32,000 bases of DNA from Desulfocapsa sulfexigens DSM 10523 (GCF_000341395.1 NC_020304.1:780001-812000); one strand, 5' to 3'. Positions 19,665 to 29,459 are shown, counted from the first letter of the stretch. Made by a program: numbers and translations. Notes: generated by a model from the sequence alone, not told the origin.

Positions 19665-19703
19665 CCAGCCGTGTAAAACCACTCTCAAAAACTCAATGTA
19701 TTA

Positions 19704-20654
19704 TTGCCACACCGTCGAATGAGCCGCCTCGAACGTATCTACTTTTTTCACCAGCAACTCAAAGCCGACCGCTTTCCCAATGCCCAGAGCCTGATGAAAG
19801 AGTTTGAACTTTCCCGCGCCACCGCTCATCGCGATATCAGCTATATGCGTGACAGACTGCTCGCCCCCCTGGCATTCAACTCCAGTCGCAAGGGCTTTTG
19901 CTACACTGAAAACGACTTTTCCCTCCCCTTTGAAGAAAGCCCAAAGATTCTCTTCCTCATGGGCTTGCTCAATAAAATGGCAGATGAAGCAGGACTTGGC
20001 AGCCTTCCAGAGATGAAAAAACTAGAGAAACGCCTGAGTCAGTTGATTGCTCCAGGCTATGAACGGGTAATGGACAACGTCCTCTGTCAATGGGTAGAGG
20101 TTGAGACACTGGCACCAGCCATTTTTGAAACAATCGTTGAAGCGGTGCTGAAAGACCGTCTCCTTGAGGTTGAGTATTGCTCGGTTGAAGGTGCAAAAAG
20201 CAGTCGTACAATTGACCCCCAGCGCCTGATCAACTACCAGGGACGCTGGTACCTTCTTGCGTATTGCTACCTGAGAAAGGGGCATCGTCTTTTTCATATG
20301 GCAAGAATCGAAAAAGCGGAAACGGGAACAAAACGAAATGACACGCAACACCTCGTCCCAGAGTCCTTTCTCGATGATGCCTTTGGCATTTTCGCAGGAG
20401 AATTTCGCTATCATGCAAAAATCGCCTTCACCTCCACCGCTGCAGAACTGGTACGCAGGCAATTCTGGCACGAAAATCAGCTGATCGAAGAGACAGAAAA
20501 CGGCATTGTTCTTACCCTGCCGGTTAATGATGACAGGGAAATCATTATGAAGATCCTTCAGTATGGTTCAAGGGCAAACGTTATCGCGCCAGATTCACTG
20601 CGGAAAAGGGTAATGGAAGAGATTAGAAAGATGTCAAACTCGTATCACCGATAA
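19704..20654 (+). CDS. HTH-WYL domain transcriptional regulator
   Basis: N-terminal HTH (LERIYFFHQQLKADRFPNAQSLMKEFELSRATAHRDISYMRD), middle WYL segment (LINYQGRWYLLAYCYLRKGHRLFHMARIEKAE). Confidence 0.88.
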   Translation: MPHRRMSRLERIYFFHQQLKADRFPNAQSLMKEFELSRATAHRDISYMRDRLLAPLAFNSSRKGFCYTENDFSLPFEESPKILFLMGLLNKMADEAGLGSLPEMKKLEKRLSQLIAPGYERVMDNVLCQWVEVETLAPAIFETIVEAVLKDRLLEVEYCSVEGAKSSRTIDPQRLINYQGRWYLLAYCYLRKGHRLFHMARIEKAETGTKRNDTQHLVPESFLDDAFGIFAGEFRYHAKIAFTSTAAELVRRQFWHENQLIEETENGIVLTLPVNDDREIIMKILQYGSRANVIAPDSLRKRVMEEIRKMSNSYHR

Positions 20655-20661
20655 TTCCTTT

Positions 20662-22461
20662 CTATAACCTGTTCTCAGACTCCCCCATGGAGTAACTCCC
20701 CTTCCTGATATTTCCGAATGTCAGTTCCGGTAGACTGTAAAAAATTCCCCGCAACGCCTGATTCAGGTTTTCTCTTCCATCAAGAGGAAGCATTGCCAGA
20801 CCGGCCACTCCGTGTGCAATACCATAGGCCACATTTACAAGACCCAGAAGCGGACGCAACAGCAGAGAGTCATCTGTAAAAAACAGAAAAGGAGTATCTT
20901 TGCTGCGAGGCTGGTACAGAGTAGAGCTTACTGTGTTTGATTCCCTGAGCCAGACGACAAGGTCGTTCTCCTCGGCATACAAAGTCTCCAGATTCCGCAG
21001 ACGTCTGGCCTGAAGGAACTGTTCATCCTGCAGAGAAAAGGCCTTAACCGATTGTTCATAGAAGAGAAAGGGTATAAAGGCAAATCCGCTGTCCGGTTCC
21101 ATCCAGCCGCCAAGAACATTTTTTCCTGATTCAGAATCTGTAAAGGTTGAATTGAGGGAACGTATCAGTTCGGTGGCACAATTCCGGGTAAAGAGATTGT
21201 AGCCATAAAGTTTCTCACTTTTTTTCTGTTTTTCTGCAATCTCCTCTTCGAGTATTTGGATATTTTCCTTAACACCATCAGGGTCCGGATGCAGTGTATC
21301 AACTGTTACATTGCCAGACCGTGTCGGCAGGGTCACTTTCGTCAGGAGCCGCACCCTTCGCTGCCCACCATTTACCTGCTCCAACTCCCAGGCCCTTGCC
21401 CGGCCAGTCTCCATAAGTGTATAGGCAATCTCGAGGTGACGTCCTTCTTTAAAAAACAACTCACGGCGTTTTTCAGACTGCTCCAGCAACCCCTCCTGCA
21501 GAATCCGTAACCGGCCACCCTCGATGTCCTCATCACTGAGTTTCACCTCCCGCACATCTGCAAAAAATGGATCAAGGGTCAACATCTGCCCTTTCTCCAG
21601 TGAACTTTGAACCGCCAGGAATCTGGCAGTCTGAAGAAGAATAGCCGTTCCCCTGTCGGGACGTCTGGACCGAAGTAATTCAACAAGTGATTCGGCAAGG
21701 TGGTCTCCAAATGCTTTCAAGATTTCTCTCTCAGAGACATTCAACGACACCTCCTTATCCATCGCTGGAATAAGGGCATCATCGGTCAGTGCCCGATTAT
21801 CCAAAAGCACTCGTAGAGCTTCCCGAAGGGCAAGAATCTCCTGAAATCCATTTCCCGGTCTTCTGCCCTGATTCATTGCAGCAACAGCTTTATACAGCTC
21901 TCCTTCCACCTCTTTCAAAGTGAATTCAAGGAAATCTGCGCCCAATGTTTTCTCTATATATCTCGGAAGATCCGACGGAGAAACAGCCCTCCAGGTATTC
22001 GTGAAAAAGCCGAGACAGTCCACCGCAACATCAGTCTTTCCGGCAAGCAGGCTCTCAACAAATCGTTTTTCCTGACGGAGTTGTTCAAGAGCATTAAAAA
22101 ACTGCTCCTGAGCAGCAAGCAATTCCGCAAAATGATTGCGTATCTGTATAGCTGCTGAGAGATCCAGTGGGAGCGCAGCAATGGCAATACTGCGATTATG
22201 GAGGTCATTGTATAAAAAGCGAAAGGAATCCCAGGGTTCACGAACAAGAAGAAAAGTTGAATCGGGAAAGAACTGATAATGAAAAACTGCATCACCAAGG
22301 CGTAAGGCCGTATGGCCACCGGCTGCCTCACCGGCATTGGCATTGATATAGAGGAAATCAATGGAAACCTTATCGGGCTGTTTCGTGACTTCAGCAGCAG
22401 CAAGCTGAGAGGGAAGCCACAGGAAAAAGAGCAGTACTGGCAAACAAAGTAACCGTGGCAT
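20662..22461 (-). CDS. Exported DUF4105-like protein
   Basis: Signal peptide, then GGHTALRLGDAVFHYQFF...REPWDSFRFLYNDLHNRSI and YNLFTRNCATELIRSLN. These look like a DUF4105-type cysteine/histidine protein. Confidence 0.7.
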   Translation of the reverse strand: MPRLLCLPVLLFFLWLPSQLAAAEVTKQPDKVSIDFLYINANAGEAAGGHTALRLGDAVFHYQFFPDSTFLLVREPWDSFRFLYNDLHNRSIAIAALPLDLSAAIQIRNHFAELLAAQEQFFNALEQLRQEKRFVESLLAGKTDVAVDCLGFFTNTWRAVSPSDLPRYIEKTLGADFLEFTLKEVEGELYKAVAAMNQGRRPGNGFQEILALREALRVLLDNRALTDDALIPAMDKEVSLNVSEREILKAFGDHLAESLVELLRSRRPDRGTAILLQTARFLAVQSSLEKGQMLTLDPFFADVREVKLSDEDIEGGRLRILQEGLLEQSEKRRELFFKEGRHLEIAYTLMETGRARAWELEQVNGGQRRVRLLTKVTLPTRSGNVTVDTLHPDPDGVKENIQILEEEIAEKQKKSEKLYGYNLFTRNCATELIRSLNSTFTDSESGKNVLGGWMEPDSGFAFIPFLFYEQSVKAFSLQDEQFLQARRLRNLETLYAEENDLVVWLRESNTVSSTLYQPRSKDTPFLFFTDDSLLLRPLLGLVNVAYGIAHGVAGLAMLPLDGRENLNQALRGIFYSLPELTFGNIRKGSYSMGESENRL

Positions 22462-22478
22462 AGCAGATCACTGCAATC

Positions 22479-22961
22479 TTACATCTTATAACCCTTTATA
22501 ACGCTTGAATAGTTTGAGCTCTTGGCGATGGAACGGAAAAACGGTAAATTAGTGATGGAATCCTCACTCACCCCTGCACGTCTCAAACCCTTTCCCATAG
22601 CAAGAAAGGTACTTTCTTCCTGTTCCCAGTCACTGATTCCATGGTTCTTGGCAATAGCTGTAACCTGGCGTTGATAGTCATCGGTGGTCTTCTCCCGACT
22701 GACATAGAGGACGGTGACAGCAGCGACATCTTCTTCGTAGACAGTACCCGTTGCATTTATTTTTGCCTCTTCCTCGCTACCACCGGAAGATGACGTTGAG
22801 ATAGACGTTATGGAAGTTATGGAATCAAGACTCGCTGAGACAGAATCCGATGACTTCTCAAGAGAATAGGAAATAGAGCAACCTGTCTGTATCAGGGATG
22901 TGACACACAATAAAGTAATATATATAAACTGTTTTCTAGAAAACATATTGTTTCTCTCCAT
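22479..22961 (-). CDS. Putative lipoprotein paired with the DUF4105-like gene
   Basis: Lipobox SLIQTGC, Ser-rich linker. 17 nt upstream of the DUF4105-like CDS on the same strand. Confidence 0.65.
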   Translation of the reverse strand: MERNNMFSRKQFIYITLLCVTSLIQTGCSISYSLEKSSDSVSASLDSITSITSISTSSSGGSEEEAKINATGTVYEEDVAAVTVLYVSREKTTDDYQRQVTAIAKNHGISDWEQEESTFLAMGKGLRRAGVSEDSITNLPFFRSIAKSSNYSSVIKGYKM

Positions 22962-23277
22962 CTAAAATTTAGTATTCTCTTTTAACATAGAGCACATCAG
23001 CTTTCCATTACTCTTTTATTTAGATATTTTATTTTTTTTTAACAAAAATCAACCGAAACCAAGAGTTCACGATCCAGAAAAACGATTTCATCAAAGATAT
23101 CAGATTGAAGCCATTTAGGATGAAGGCTGCATGCAAAGAGAAAAAAGTACTGTTTATCAGCACGTTACAGAATATCAGAAACTTGAGCAATAGTATCCAT
23201 GGTTCCAATTCTTACTGGTATCATTTGATACTGTCATTATTTGTCGATATTCGATATTATTGATGATAGGTCAATAT

Positions 23278-23286
23278 AAAATATAT
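23278..23286. repeat. Left target-site duplication AAAATATAT
   Basis: Identical to 24538-24546. Confidence 0.9.
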
Positions 23287-23313
23287 CAGTGCTGTCTCAT
23301 AGTTGAACAATAA

Positions 23314-23335
23314 AAAGAGGCTCGGAGAGCTCTTT
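23314..23335. repeat. Hairpin just inside the left IS end
   Basis: AAAGA(g)GCTC-GGA-GAGCTCTTT: 9-bp stem with one bulged G and a GGA loop, located between the left IR and the transposase start. Confidence 0.5.
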
Positions 23336-23387
23336 GTGTTATAATGATTTCTACCAAAAAGCCATTTAATACAAGGAGATCCGAGCC

Positions 23388-24527
23388 ATGGCGCATTATA
23401 ACACAATCCTTAGTCAAATTACTTCACTTATTAACAGACATGTTTTTGATGATCATGCCAAACTTCATCATTCGGGCCAGAAATTCAGATCCTATGACCG
23501 CTGGAGCCAGTTTATGGCAATGCTGATAGGACAACTTTCCAGTAGAAAAAGCCTTCGTGATATTACTGATAATTTGAAGGCGCAAAAAAATCGTTTATAT
23601 CACCTCGGCATGAAACCAACTTCAAGGGCGACACTGGCAAGAGTAAATGAAAAACAGCCAGCATCCCTTTACGAAACTGTGTTTTCTGATCTGTTGAAAA
23701 AGTGTCAAACGGTGACACCCGGTCACAAGTTTTCTTTTAAAAACAAGCTGTACCTACTTGATACAACAACTATTGATCTTTGCTTGTCAGTATTTCCATG
23801 GGCTGAATTCCGTAAAAGAAAAGGCGCTGTCAAACTGCACATGGGTATAGATGCTGATGGTTACCTTCCTACTTTTATGGACATGACCGATGGTAAAGTC
23901 CATGAAATCAACTGGGCAAAAGAAACACTCAAGCTCCCCAAAGGGTCATTTGCTGTCTTTGATAGAGGTTTTACAGATTATGGCTGGTATTCCTCCCTCA
24001 TGAAAGACGGAATTTTCTTTGTGACCCGTTTGAAAAGCAATGCTGATGCTGAATATCTTTTCAAACGGGCTGGTCGCAAAAGTCCTGGCGTAACCAATGA
24101 CCAGCAAATAAAACTCAAAAATATTAAAGATCCACTTCGTCTTGTTGCCTACACAGACCTGGAAACTGGCCAGGAATACCGTTTTGTTACTAATGCTCAC
24201 CATCTAAAAGCTGCAGAGATAGCGGCGATCTATAAAGAGCGGTGGCAGATCGAACAATTTTTCAAATGGATCAAGCAAAACCTCAAAATCAAGACATTTC
24301 TGGGTACATCAAAAAACGCAGTCCTCACCCAAGTCTGGATAGCTTTGTGTGTTTATCTGCTGATTGCATATCTTAATTTTAAAGCTAAATTGGGTGCCTC
24401 CATGCAGCAAATACTCAGAGTTTTACAACTGAACCTGTTTCAACGGCGTGCCTTGGCAGATCTTTTTAGGCCGCCAGACAAACAACAACCTGTTTCTCCA
24501 CAGCTTTTACTGTGGGGAAAACTATGA
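23388..24527 (+). CDS. IS4-family transposase (DUF4372-type N-terminus)
   Basis: SLINRHVFDDHAKLHHSGQKFRSYDRWSQFMAMLIGQL, YLLDTTTIDLCLSVFPWAEFR, VFDRGFTDY, YKERWQIEQFFKWIKQNLKIKTFLGTSKNAV. The stop codon lies inside the right IR. Confidence 0.95.
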   Translation: MAHYNTILSQITSLINRHVFDDHAKLHHSGQKFRSYDRWSQFMAMLIGQLSSRKSLRDITDNLKAQKNRLYHLGMKPTSRATLARVNEKQPASLYETVFSDLLKKCQTVTPGHKFSFKNKLYLLDTTTIDLCLSVFPWAEFRKRKGAVKLHMGIDADGYLPTFMDMTDGKVHEINWAKETLKLPKGSFAVFDRGFTDYGWYSSLMKDGIFFVTRLKSNADAEYLFKRAGRKSPGVTNDQQIKLKNIKDPLRLVAYTDLETGQEYRFVTNAHHLKAAEIAAIYKERWQIEQFFKWIKQNLKIKTFLGTSKNAVLTQVWIALCVYLLIAYLNFKAKLGASMQQILRVLQLNLFQRRALADLFRPPDKQQPVSPQLLLWGKL

Positions 24528-24537
24528 GACAGCACTG

Positions 24538-24546
24538 AAAATATAT
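24538..24546. repeat. Right target-site duplication AAAATATAT
   Basis: Identical to 23278-23286. Confidence 0.9.
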
Positions 24547-24764
24547 AAATTTATAGCTTACTATCTACTTACTGGTAGATAAACACTGGTTAAAGAAAAC
24601 GCGGAGAGCGACTTGCTTTCAAGTGGAAATTTCCCCAGTATTTCCGTTGTCGACACAACAACAACGTTGGAGAATACTTACCCTCCGTCTCAAAGCACTG
24701 TGGTATATTTAAATATTCCGTACATATCACCGTGATTGAATAATCCTCCTGAAAGGTACTATGC

Positions 24765-25868
24765 ATGAAAAATTTGCTATTTATTGGATTGTTTATTGTC
24801 CTTTTTACCTCAAATGCCTGTGCTGAGCCGATTCGTATCGGAGTTATTTTTGCGAAAACCGGACGAGCTTCTGATGTGGGGGAAGATTTCTTCAAAGCTA
24901 TCCGACTTCTAACGGATGATATAAACAAAACAGGCGGCATCCTGAACAGACCAGTTGAATTAATCGAATTTGACAACCAAAGCACCCCACTCGGCTCAAA
25001 GCAGGCCGCTTTAGATGCAGTGAAAACCGATGTGGTAAGTGTAATTGGGGCGGCCTGGAGTGCCAATACCACCGCCCTTGCCGAGGTTTTTCAAAAAGAA
25101 GGAATCCCGCTCGTATCCCCCCTGGCTACAAAACCCGAGGTTACCGAAGTTGGTAATTTTATTTTCCGCGTCTGTTTCACAGATCCCTTCCAGGGAAAAG
25201 TCATGGCTAAATTTGTCCGTGAAGATTTACAAGCAGTTACGGCCGCAATATTTGTCAATGCAAGCAGTTCCTACAGCAGAGGCCTGTCGCAGGAGTTCAG
25301 TCAATCATTTGAAAATCTTGGCGGTACAGTACTTGCCACCTATGACTACATCCGCCCCGACACGGACTTTGAAAAAGAAATTGAAGATCTGCATCGTTTA
25401 AAACCTGATGTGGTCTACCTGTCCGGTTACAGTCGGGATTCTGCCCTGATTATCCGACAATCGATAAAAATGGGAAACAATTTTGTTTTCGCTGGTGGAG
25501 ACGGCTGGAATGAAGCAATGTACACCTTTGCTGGCCCTGAAATCGACGGCAATTATTTCACTAATCACTGGCATCCGGACAATCCCAATCCCATTAGCGC
25601 CAGGCTCATAGCAAAGTACGGTAAAACCGAATTTAAAGGCTCTCGCCTGGTACTGGCGAACGACGCCTTAATGGTACTTATGGACAGCATTACACGGGCA
25701 GGGAGCAGCGACAGAAAGGCGATCCAAATTGCCCTTGCCAACACCGTTGATTTTCAAGGAGCCACGGGAAATATCACCTTCGATGCAACCGGTGATCCTG
25801 TGAAGGCCGCGGTGATTCTCCGTCTTGAAAAGGGTTCCTCCTCATTTGTCAAAGCAGTACAACCATAA
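24765..25868 (+). CDS. Periplasmic substrate-binding protein, branched-chain amino-acid (LivJ-like) family
   Basis: Signal peptide, PIRIGVIFAKTGRASDVGEDFFKAIRLLTDDINKTGGILNRPVELIEFDNQSTP, VVSVIGAAWSANTTALAEVFQKEGIPLVSPLATKPEVT. Confidence 0.93.
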   Translation: MKNLLFIGLFIVLFTSNACAEPIRIGVIFAKTGRASDVGEDFFKAIRLLTDDINKTGGILNRPVELIEFDNQSTPLGSKQAALDAVKTDVVSVIGAAWSANTTALAEVFQKEGIPLVSPLATKPEVTEVGNFIFRVCFTDPFQGKVMAKFVREDLQAVTAAIFVNASSSYSRGLSQEFSQSFENLGGTVLATYDYIRPDTDFEKEIEDLHRLKPDVVYLSGYSRDSALIIRQSIKMGNNFVFAGGDGWNEAMYTFAGPEIDGNYFTNHWHPDNPNPISARLIAKYGKTEFKGSRLVLANDALMVLMDSITRAGSSDRKAIQIALANTVDFQGATGNITFDATGDPVKAAVILRLEKGSSSFVKAVQP

Positions 25869-25883
25869 AAAACGCACCTTAAG

Positions 25884-28175
25884 ATGTTTGACCTTGGCTT
25901 AAAACAAAAGGCTTTAATCAGTATCCTGGGAATTTTCACTCTCTTCTCTCTGCTTTTTACGGCTACCTACATCCCGTTCCAAAACCAGATTAGTGACTAT
26001 ATCCTGGATCGGAACAAACTATTGATTCAGACTCTCATTGAAAGAGACAAGGACCCCATAGCCAACGAAATTTTTGACCACAGCGACAAATCCATCAAGA
26101 TTCGCCTCAAAGATATGCTCCGTGTCGATGGAGTTCTCCTTATCAGTGTTCATGACAAAAAAGGGGAAATTATTGCTTTTGAGGGACCGACAACCTCCCC
26201 GGACGAATTGACAATACCGACCAGGGTGCTGACCCGTGGAGGTACAGATAGCAATATCAGCCAATGGCAAGACCATACCGTACTGCAATATTTCTATGAG
26301 ATTAAAGCAATCGGTGAACGGATGGGATTTATCCAAGTCTACTTCCTGTTGGATGATATGATGCGCTATAAGCAGTATTCTTTTATCTTTTTAATGGTCT
26401 TTCTGACAAGTATTCTGCTGACTCTTGGGTCAGCGGGAAATTACCTGTTATCCAAAATGGTCACAGAACCAATTATTACCCTCCGAGACCTGATGTTAAA
26501 AATCCAGGCTGGCGATTTCAAGCAGCGCATGGATATTCACCGGGCCGATGAATTTGGCGAACTGGCCTCCTCCTTTAACGGGATGGTAAATAATCTGGAT
26601 GCGTCATACTCAGAGATCAAACAAAAGACTGACCAGATTCAGTCCATGAGGAGCTATCTGAAAAATATCATCGACTCCATGTCTTCCATGGTGATATCGG
26701 TAGATCAATATGCGAAGATCACAGCGTTAAATCAGGCAGCCCTGAATTTTATGGGGATGGATGAACAGGAAGGCATTGGAAAAAACATCTGTTCTTTCAT
26801 CCCACTGTTTGAACAGTATCGCAGCAATGTACAGGATGTAATTCAGACAGGTACCCCCCTTGAATTGTATCAGCAAAAACTGGCCGAAAATCAAGAGAAG
26901 CTCTATGCTATCTTTATTTCGCCATTAACAGCGGATGCACAGGGCGCTGTTATACGCATTGATGATGTTTCAGAACTCCACGAAAAAGATGAACAACTAA
27001 AGCAAGCCCAAAAGATGGAAACTATCGGCACACTCGCCGGGGGCATTGCCCACGATTTCAACAATATACTCTCAGGTATTGTGGGAACAGCCTCTCTTTT
27101 AAAATATACCATGGAATCAGGGAAACTCGACGACAAGACACTCAACAAAAGCATTGGTACCATTGAGATATCTTCAAGAAGGGCATCGGAACTTGTCAAG
27201 CAGTTACTTGCTCTTTCCCGAAAACAGGAAATGAGTATAGGGAAAATTGATCTGAATGAATCGATCCGGCACGTTGTCAATATATGCAGGAATTCCTTTG
27301 ATAAAAGTATTGAAATCAGGGAAATCTATGAGCATGAACTGGCAATGAGCAATGCTGATTCATCCCAGATAGAGCAGGTCCTGTTAAACATCTGCATCAA
27401 CGCTTCCCACGCTATGACCATAATGCACCGCGACCACAATGACTGGGGTGGTATTTTGTCTCTTTCAGTCACTTCTTTTTTGGCTGACAAGCTCTTTTGT
27501 GAACGTCACAGTAATGCAGTGGAGGGCAACTACTGGTGCATCACCGTTGTCGATTCAGGTGTCGGTATGGATGACACTACAATAAAAAAGATCTTTGACC
27601 CCTTTTATACAACCAAAGAATATGGCTTGGGAACTGGCCTTGGACTATCCATCGTATACTCTACCATCCGGCAACACAATGGCATCGTAGAGGTAAGCTC
27701 CAAGCCCGGAAACGGAACGACCTTCAGTATCTATCTGCTCTCCGCAGAAAGAGAAGACGGTTCAAGTGCCACTGACGTGCAATCCGAAGCAACCGGATTA
27801 ACATTCGGCAGTGGAACTATTCTGGTAATCGATGACGAAGCCATTGTCCGAAATATGGCAGAACTTATCCTGCGCCAAGCCGGCTATACCGTTTTATTAG
27901 CTAAAGACGGAGAGGAAGGTCTTCAACTGTTTCGTGAAAAGAGTTCCGAAATATCTGCGGTACTGCTGGATCTGGTAATGCCCAAAATGCATGGCCATGA
28001 AGTATACAGGCACCTCAAAGAACAGGATCCTGAAGTAAAGGTACTTATGGTCTCAGGGTTTATCCATGACGAACGCGCCCGCAAGGCACTGTCAATGGGA
28101 GTCCAGGGATTTCTCCAAAAACCCTATACCCTTGCAAGCCTCACCGACGCAATTGACACCTTACTACACTCCTGA
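25884..28175 (+). CDS. Hybrid sensor histidine kinase (TM, HAMP, PAS, HisKA, HATPase, receiver)
   Basis: Two TM segments, a HAMP-like region, PAS-like region, GGIAHDFNNILSGIVG H-box, N/G boxes (GTGLGLSIVY), receiver ILVIDDEAIVRNMAELIL...LLDLVMPKMHG. Confidence 0.95.
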   Translation: MFDLGLKQKALISILGIFTLFSLLFTATYIPFQNQISDYILDRNKLLIQTLIERDKDPIANEIFDHSDKSIKIRLKDMLRVDGVLLISVHDKKGEIIAFEGPTTSPDELTIPTRVLTRGGTDSNISQWQDHTVLQYFYEIKAIGERMGFIQVYFLLDDMMRYKQYSFIFLMVFLTSILLTLGSAGNYLLSKMVTEPIITLRDLMLKIQAGDFKQRMDIHRADEFGELASSFNGMVNNLDASYSEIKQKTDQIQSMRSYLKNIIDSMSSMVISVDQYAKITALNQAALNFMGMDEQEGIGKNICSFIPLFEQYRSNVQDVIQTGTPLELYQQKLAENQEKLYAIFISPLTADAQGAVIRIDDVSELHEKDEQLKQAQKMETIGTLAGGIAHDFNNILSGIVGTASLLKYTMESGKLDDKTLNKSIGTIEISSRRASELVKQLLALSRKQEMSIGKIDLNESIRHVVNICRNSFDKSIEIREIYEHELAMSNADSSQIEQVLLNICINASHAMTIMHRDHNDWGGILSLSVTSFLADKLFCERHSNAVEGNYWCITVVDSGVGMDDTTIKKIFDPFYTTKEYGLGTGLGLSIVYSTIRQHNGIVEVSSKPGNGTTFSIYLLSAEREDGSSATDVQSEATGLTFGSGTILVIDDEAIVRNMAELILRQAGYTVLLAKDGEEGLQLFREKSSEISAVLLDLVMPKMHGHEVYRHLKEQDPEVKVLMVSGFIHDERARKALSMGVQGFLQKPYTLASLTDAIDTLLHS

Positions 28176-28341
28176 TGTGCATCTCTGGAAATACTATGCT
28201 GATATTCTTAATAGCCAGCTGATGTCAGATTAATTCGCCCCCTTTGATAGGTACCGTTCTTTCACATTTTGTGATAGGATCAACTCAAAAGAAATCGCTT
28301 TCAAACAGGCCCCATATGAAGTCATCTTAGAGGTAACTGCA

Positions 28342-29457
28342 ATGGTCTCTTCCTCTGTATCCCTTCCCCCTACTCTGTATATTCTTTTTGTTGGGGGAGG
28401 ACATGGTTGCTATGACATCCTAAACCTGCTTACCGACTATTCCTTCCAAAACATACGCCCAAAAGTCATCGGTGCAGTTGACCCCAACCCTACTGCCAGC
28501 GGAAGAGTGCTTGCCGAGAAACTCGCCATCCCCACCAGCAGTACTTTTGATCAATTCCTGTCAGACCCGCGCCTTTCTCTAATCATTGAACTGACTGGCA
28601 GTGACACAGTACTTCAGGAACTGTATCACCGCAAACGACCAGAGGTCAAAATTCTCGATCATGTTGCCGCACAGTTCCTATGGGAAATAATAGCAATTCA
28701 AAAAGAACATATTCAGTTAAAACACAAATTAAGTCGTCTTGACAGTATGGCTGCCGTGGGAGAGATGGCCGGACGCTTAACTCACAAACTGCGAAATCCG
28801 CTGATGATCTTCGGCGGCCTTATTCGACGCATAATGACACGCCCGGATATTGGACACGGAGTGCGGAAACGCCTCAAACGTGCAGCAGTACAGGTAGGAA
28901 AGATGGAGGAGGTTATTACCGATATTTGCGATGTAGTTCGCCCTTTGCGGCCTCACATGCAAGCAACGAACATGAGCACTTTCCTGAACCAGTGGTGCAA
29001 AGATATCGCTGTCGAAGTCCGTTTAATCGGGGTCATGCTCAGTTCAAATATCCAACAGGATCTCCCGGTTATTCAGGTTGACCCTTCCCTGCTTCGCCAG
29101 GCACTGTTCCATCTCCTTGAAAACAGTTTTGAGGCCATGGCTGAGAATAACGGTCATATTAAGATCGAAACGAGAATGGACGAAGATAACCTTTATATTG
29201 TGTTCAGCGATACCGGTAGTGGCCTGAAAAATATAACCCCTGGCAAAGCCATCCACCCATTCACCGGTACAAAAACAGACCATTTGGGACTTGGCCTGAC
29301 GCTCTGCCAGCAAATAATATCGAAACATAACGGCGACATTGAACTACGCAATATCGAAGAAGGTGGCACCATGGTCATTATCAGAATCCCCATCGTATTA
29401 AAAAAAATACATCCACTTTCCGATCAATCTGATGGCAATGGGAAAAATACGGGATAG
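28342..29457 (+). CDS. Soluble histidine kinase with N-terminal Rossmann-like dinucleotide-binding domain
   Basis: N-terminus ILFVGGGHGCYDILNLL...PKVIGAVDPNPTASGRVLAEKLAIPTSSTFDQFLSDPRLSLIIELTGSD. Then GEMAGRLTHKLRNPLMIFGG, LFHLLENSFEAM, FSDTGSGL, HLGLGLTLCQQII. Confidence 0.82.
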   Translation: MVSSSVSLPPTLYILFVGGGHGCYDILNLLTDYSFQNIRPKVIGAVDPNPTASGRVLAEKLAIPTSSTFDQFLSDPRLSLIIELTGSDTVLQELYHRKRPEVKILDHVAAQFLWEIIAIQKEHIQLKHKLSRLDSMAAVGEMAGRLTHKLRNPLMIFGGLIRRIMTRPDIGHGVRKRLKRAAVQVGKMEEVITDICDVVRPLRPHMQATNMSTFLNQWCKDIAVEVRLIGVMLSSNIQQDLPVIQVDPSLLRQALFHLLENSFEAMAENNGHIKIETRMDEDNLYIVFSDTGSGLKNITPGKAIHPFTGTKTDHLGLGLTLCQQIISKHNGDIELRNIEEGGTMVIIRIPIVLKKIHPLSDQSDGNGKNTG

Positions 29458-29459
29458 GT

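Larger units (their letters stand above)
23287..24537 (+). mobile_element. Complete IS4-family insertion sequence (1251 bp)
   Basis: Perfect 18-bp terminal inverted repeats CAGTGCTGTCTCATAGTT (23287-23304) and AACTATGAGACAGCACTG (24520-24537). Flanked by 9-bp direct repeat AAAATATAT (23278-23286, 24538-24546). Encloses an intact transposase. Confidence 0.95.

Noticed and set aside
24590-25072. 160-aa minus-strand ORF beside the IS
   Set aside because: Antisense to the start of the binding-protein gene and its leader, with low-complexity unconvincing protein.
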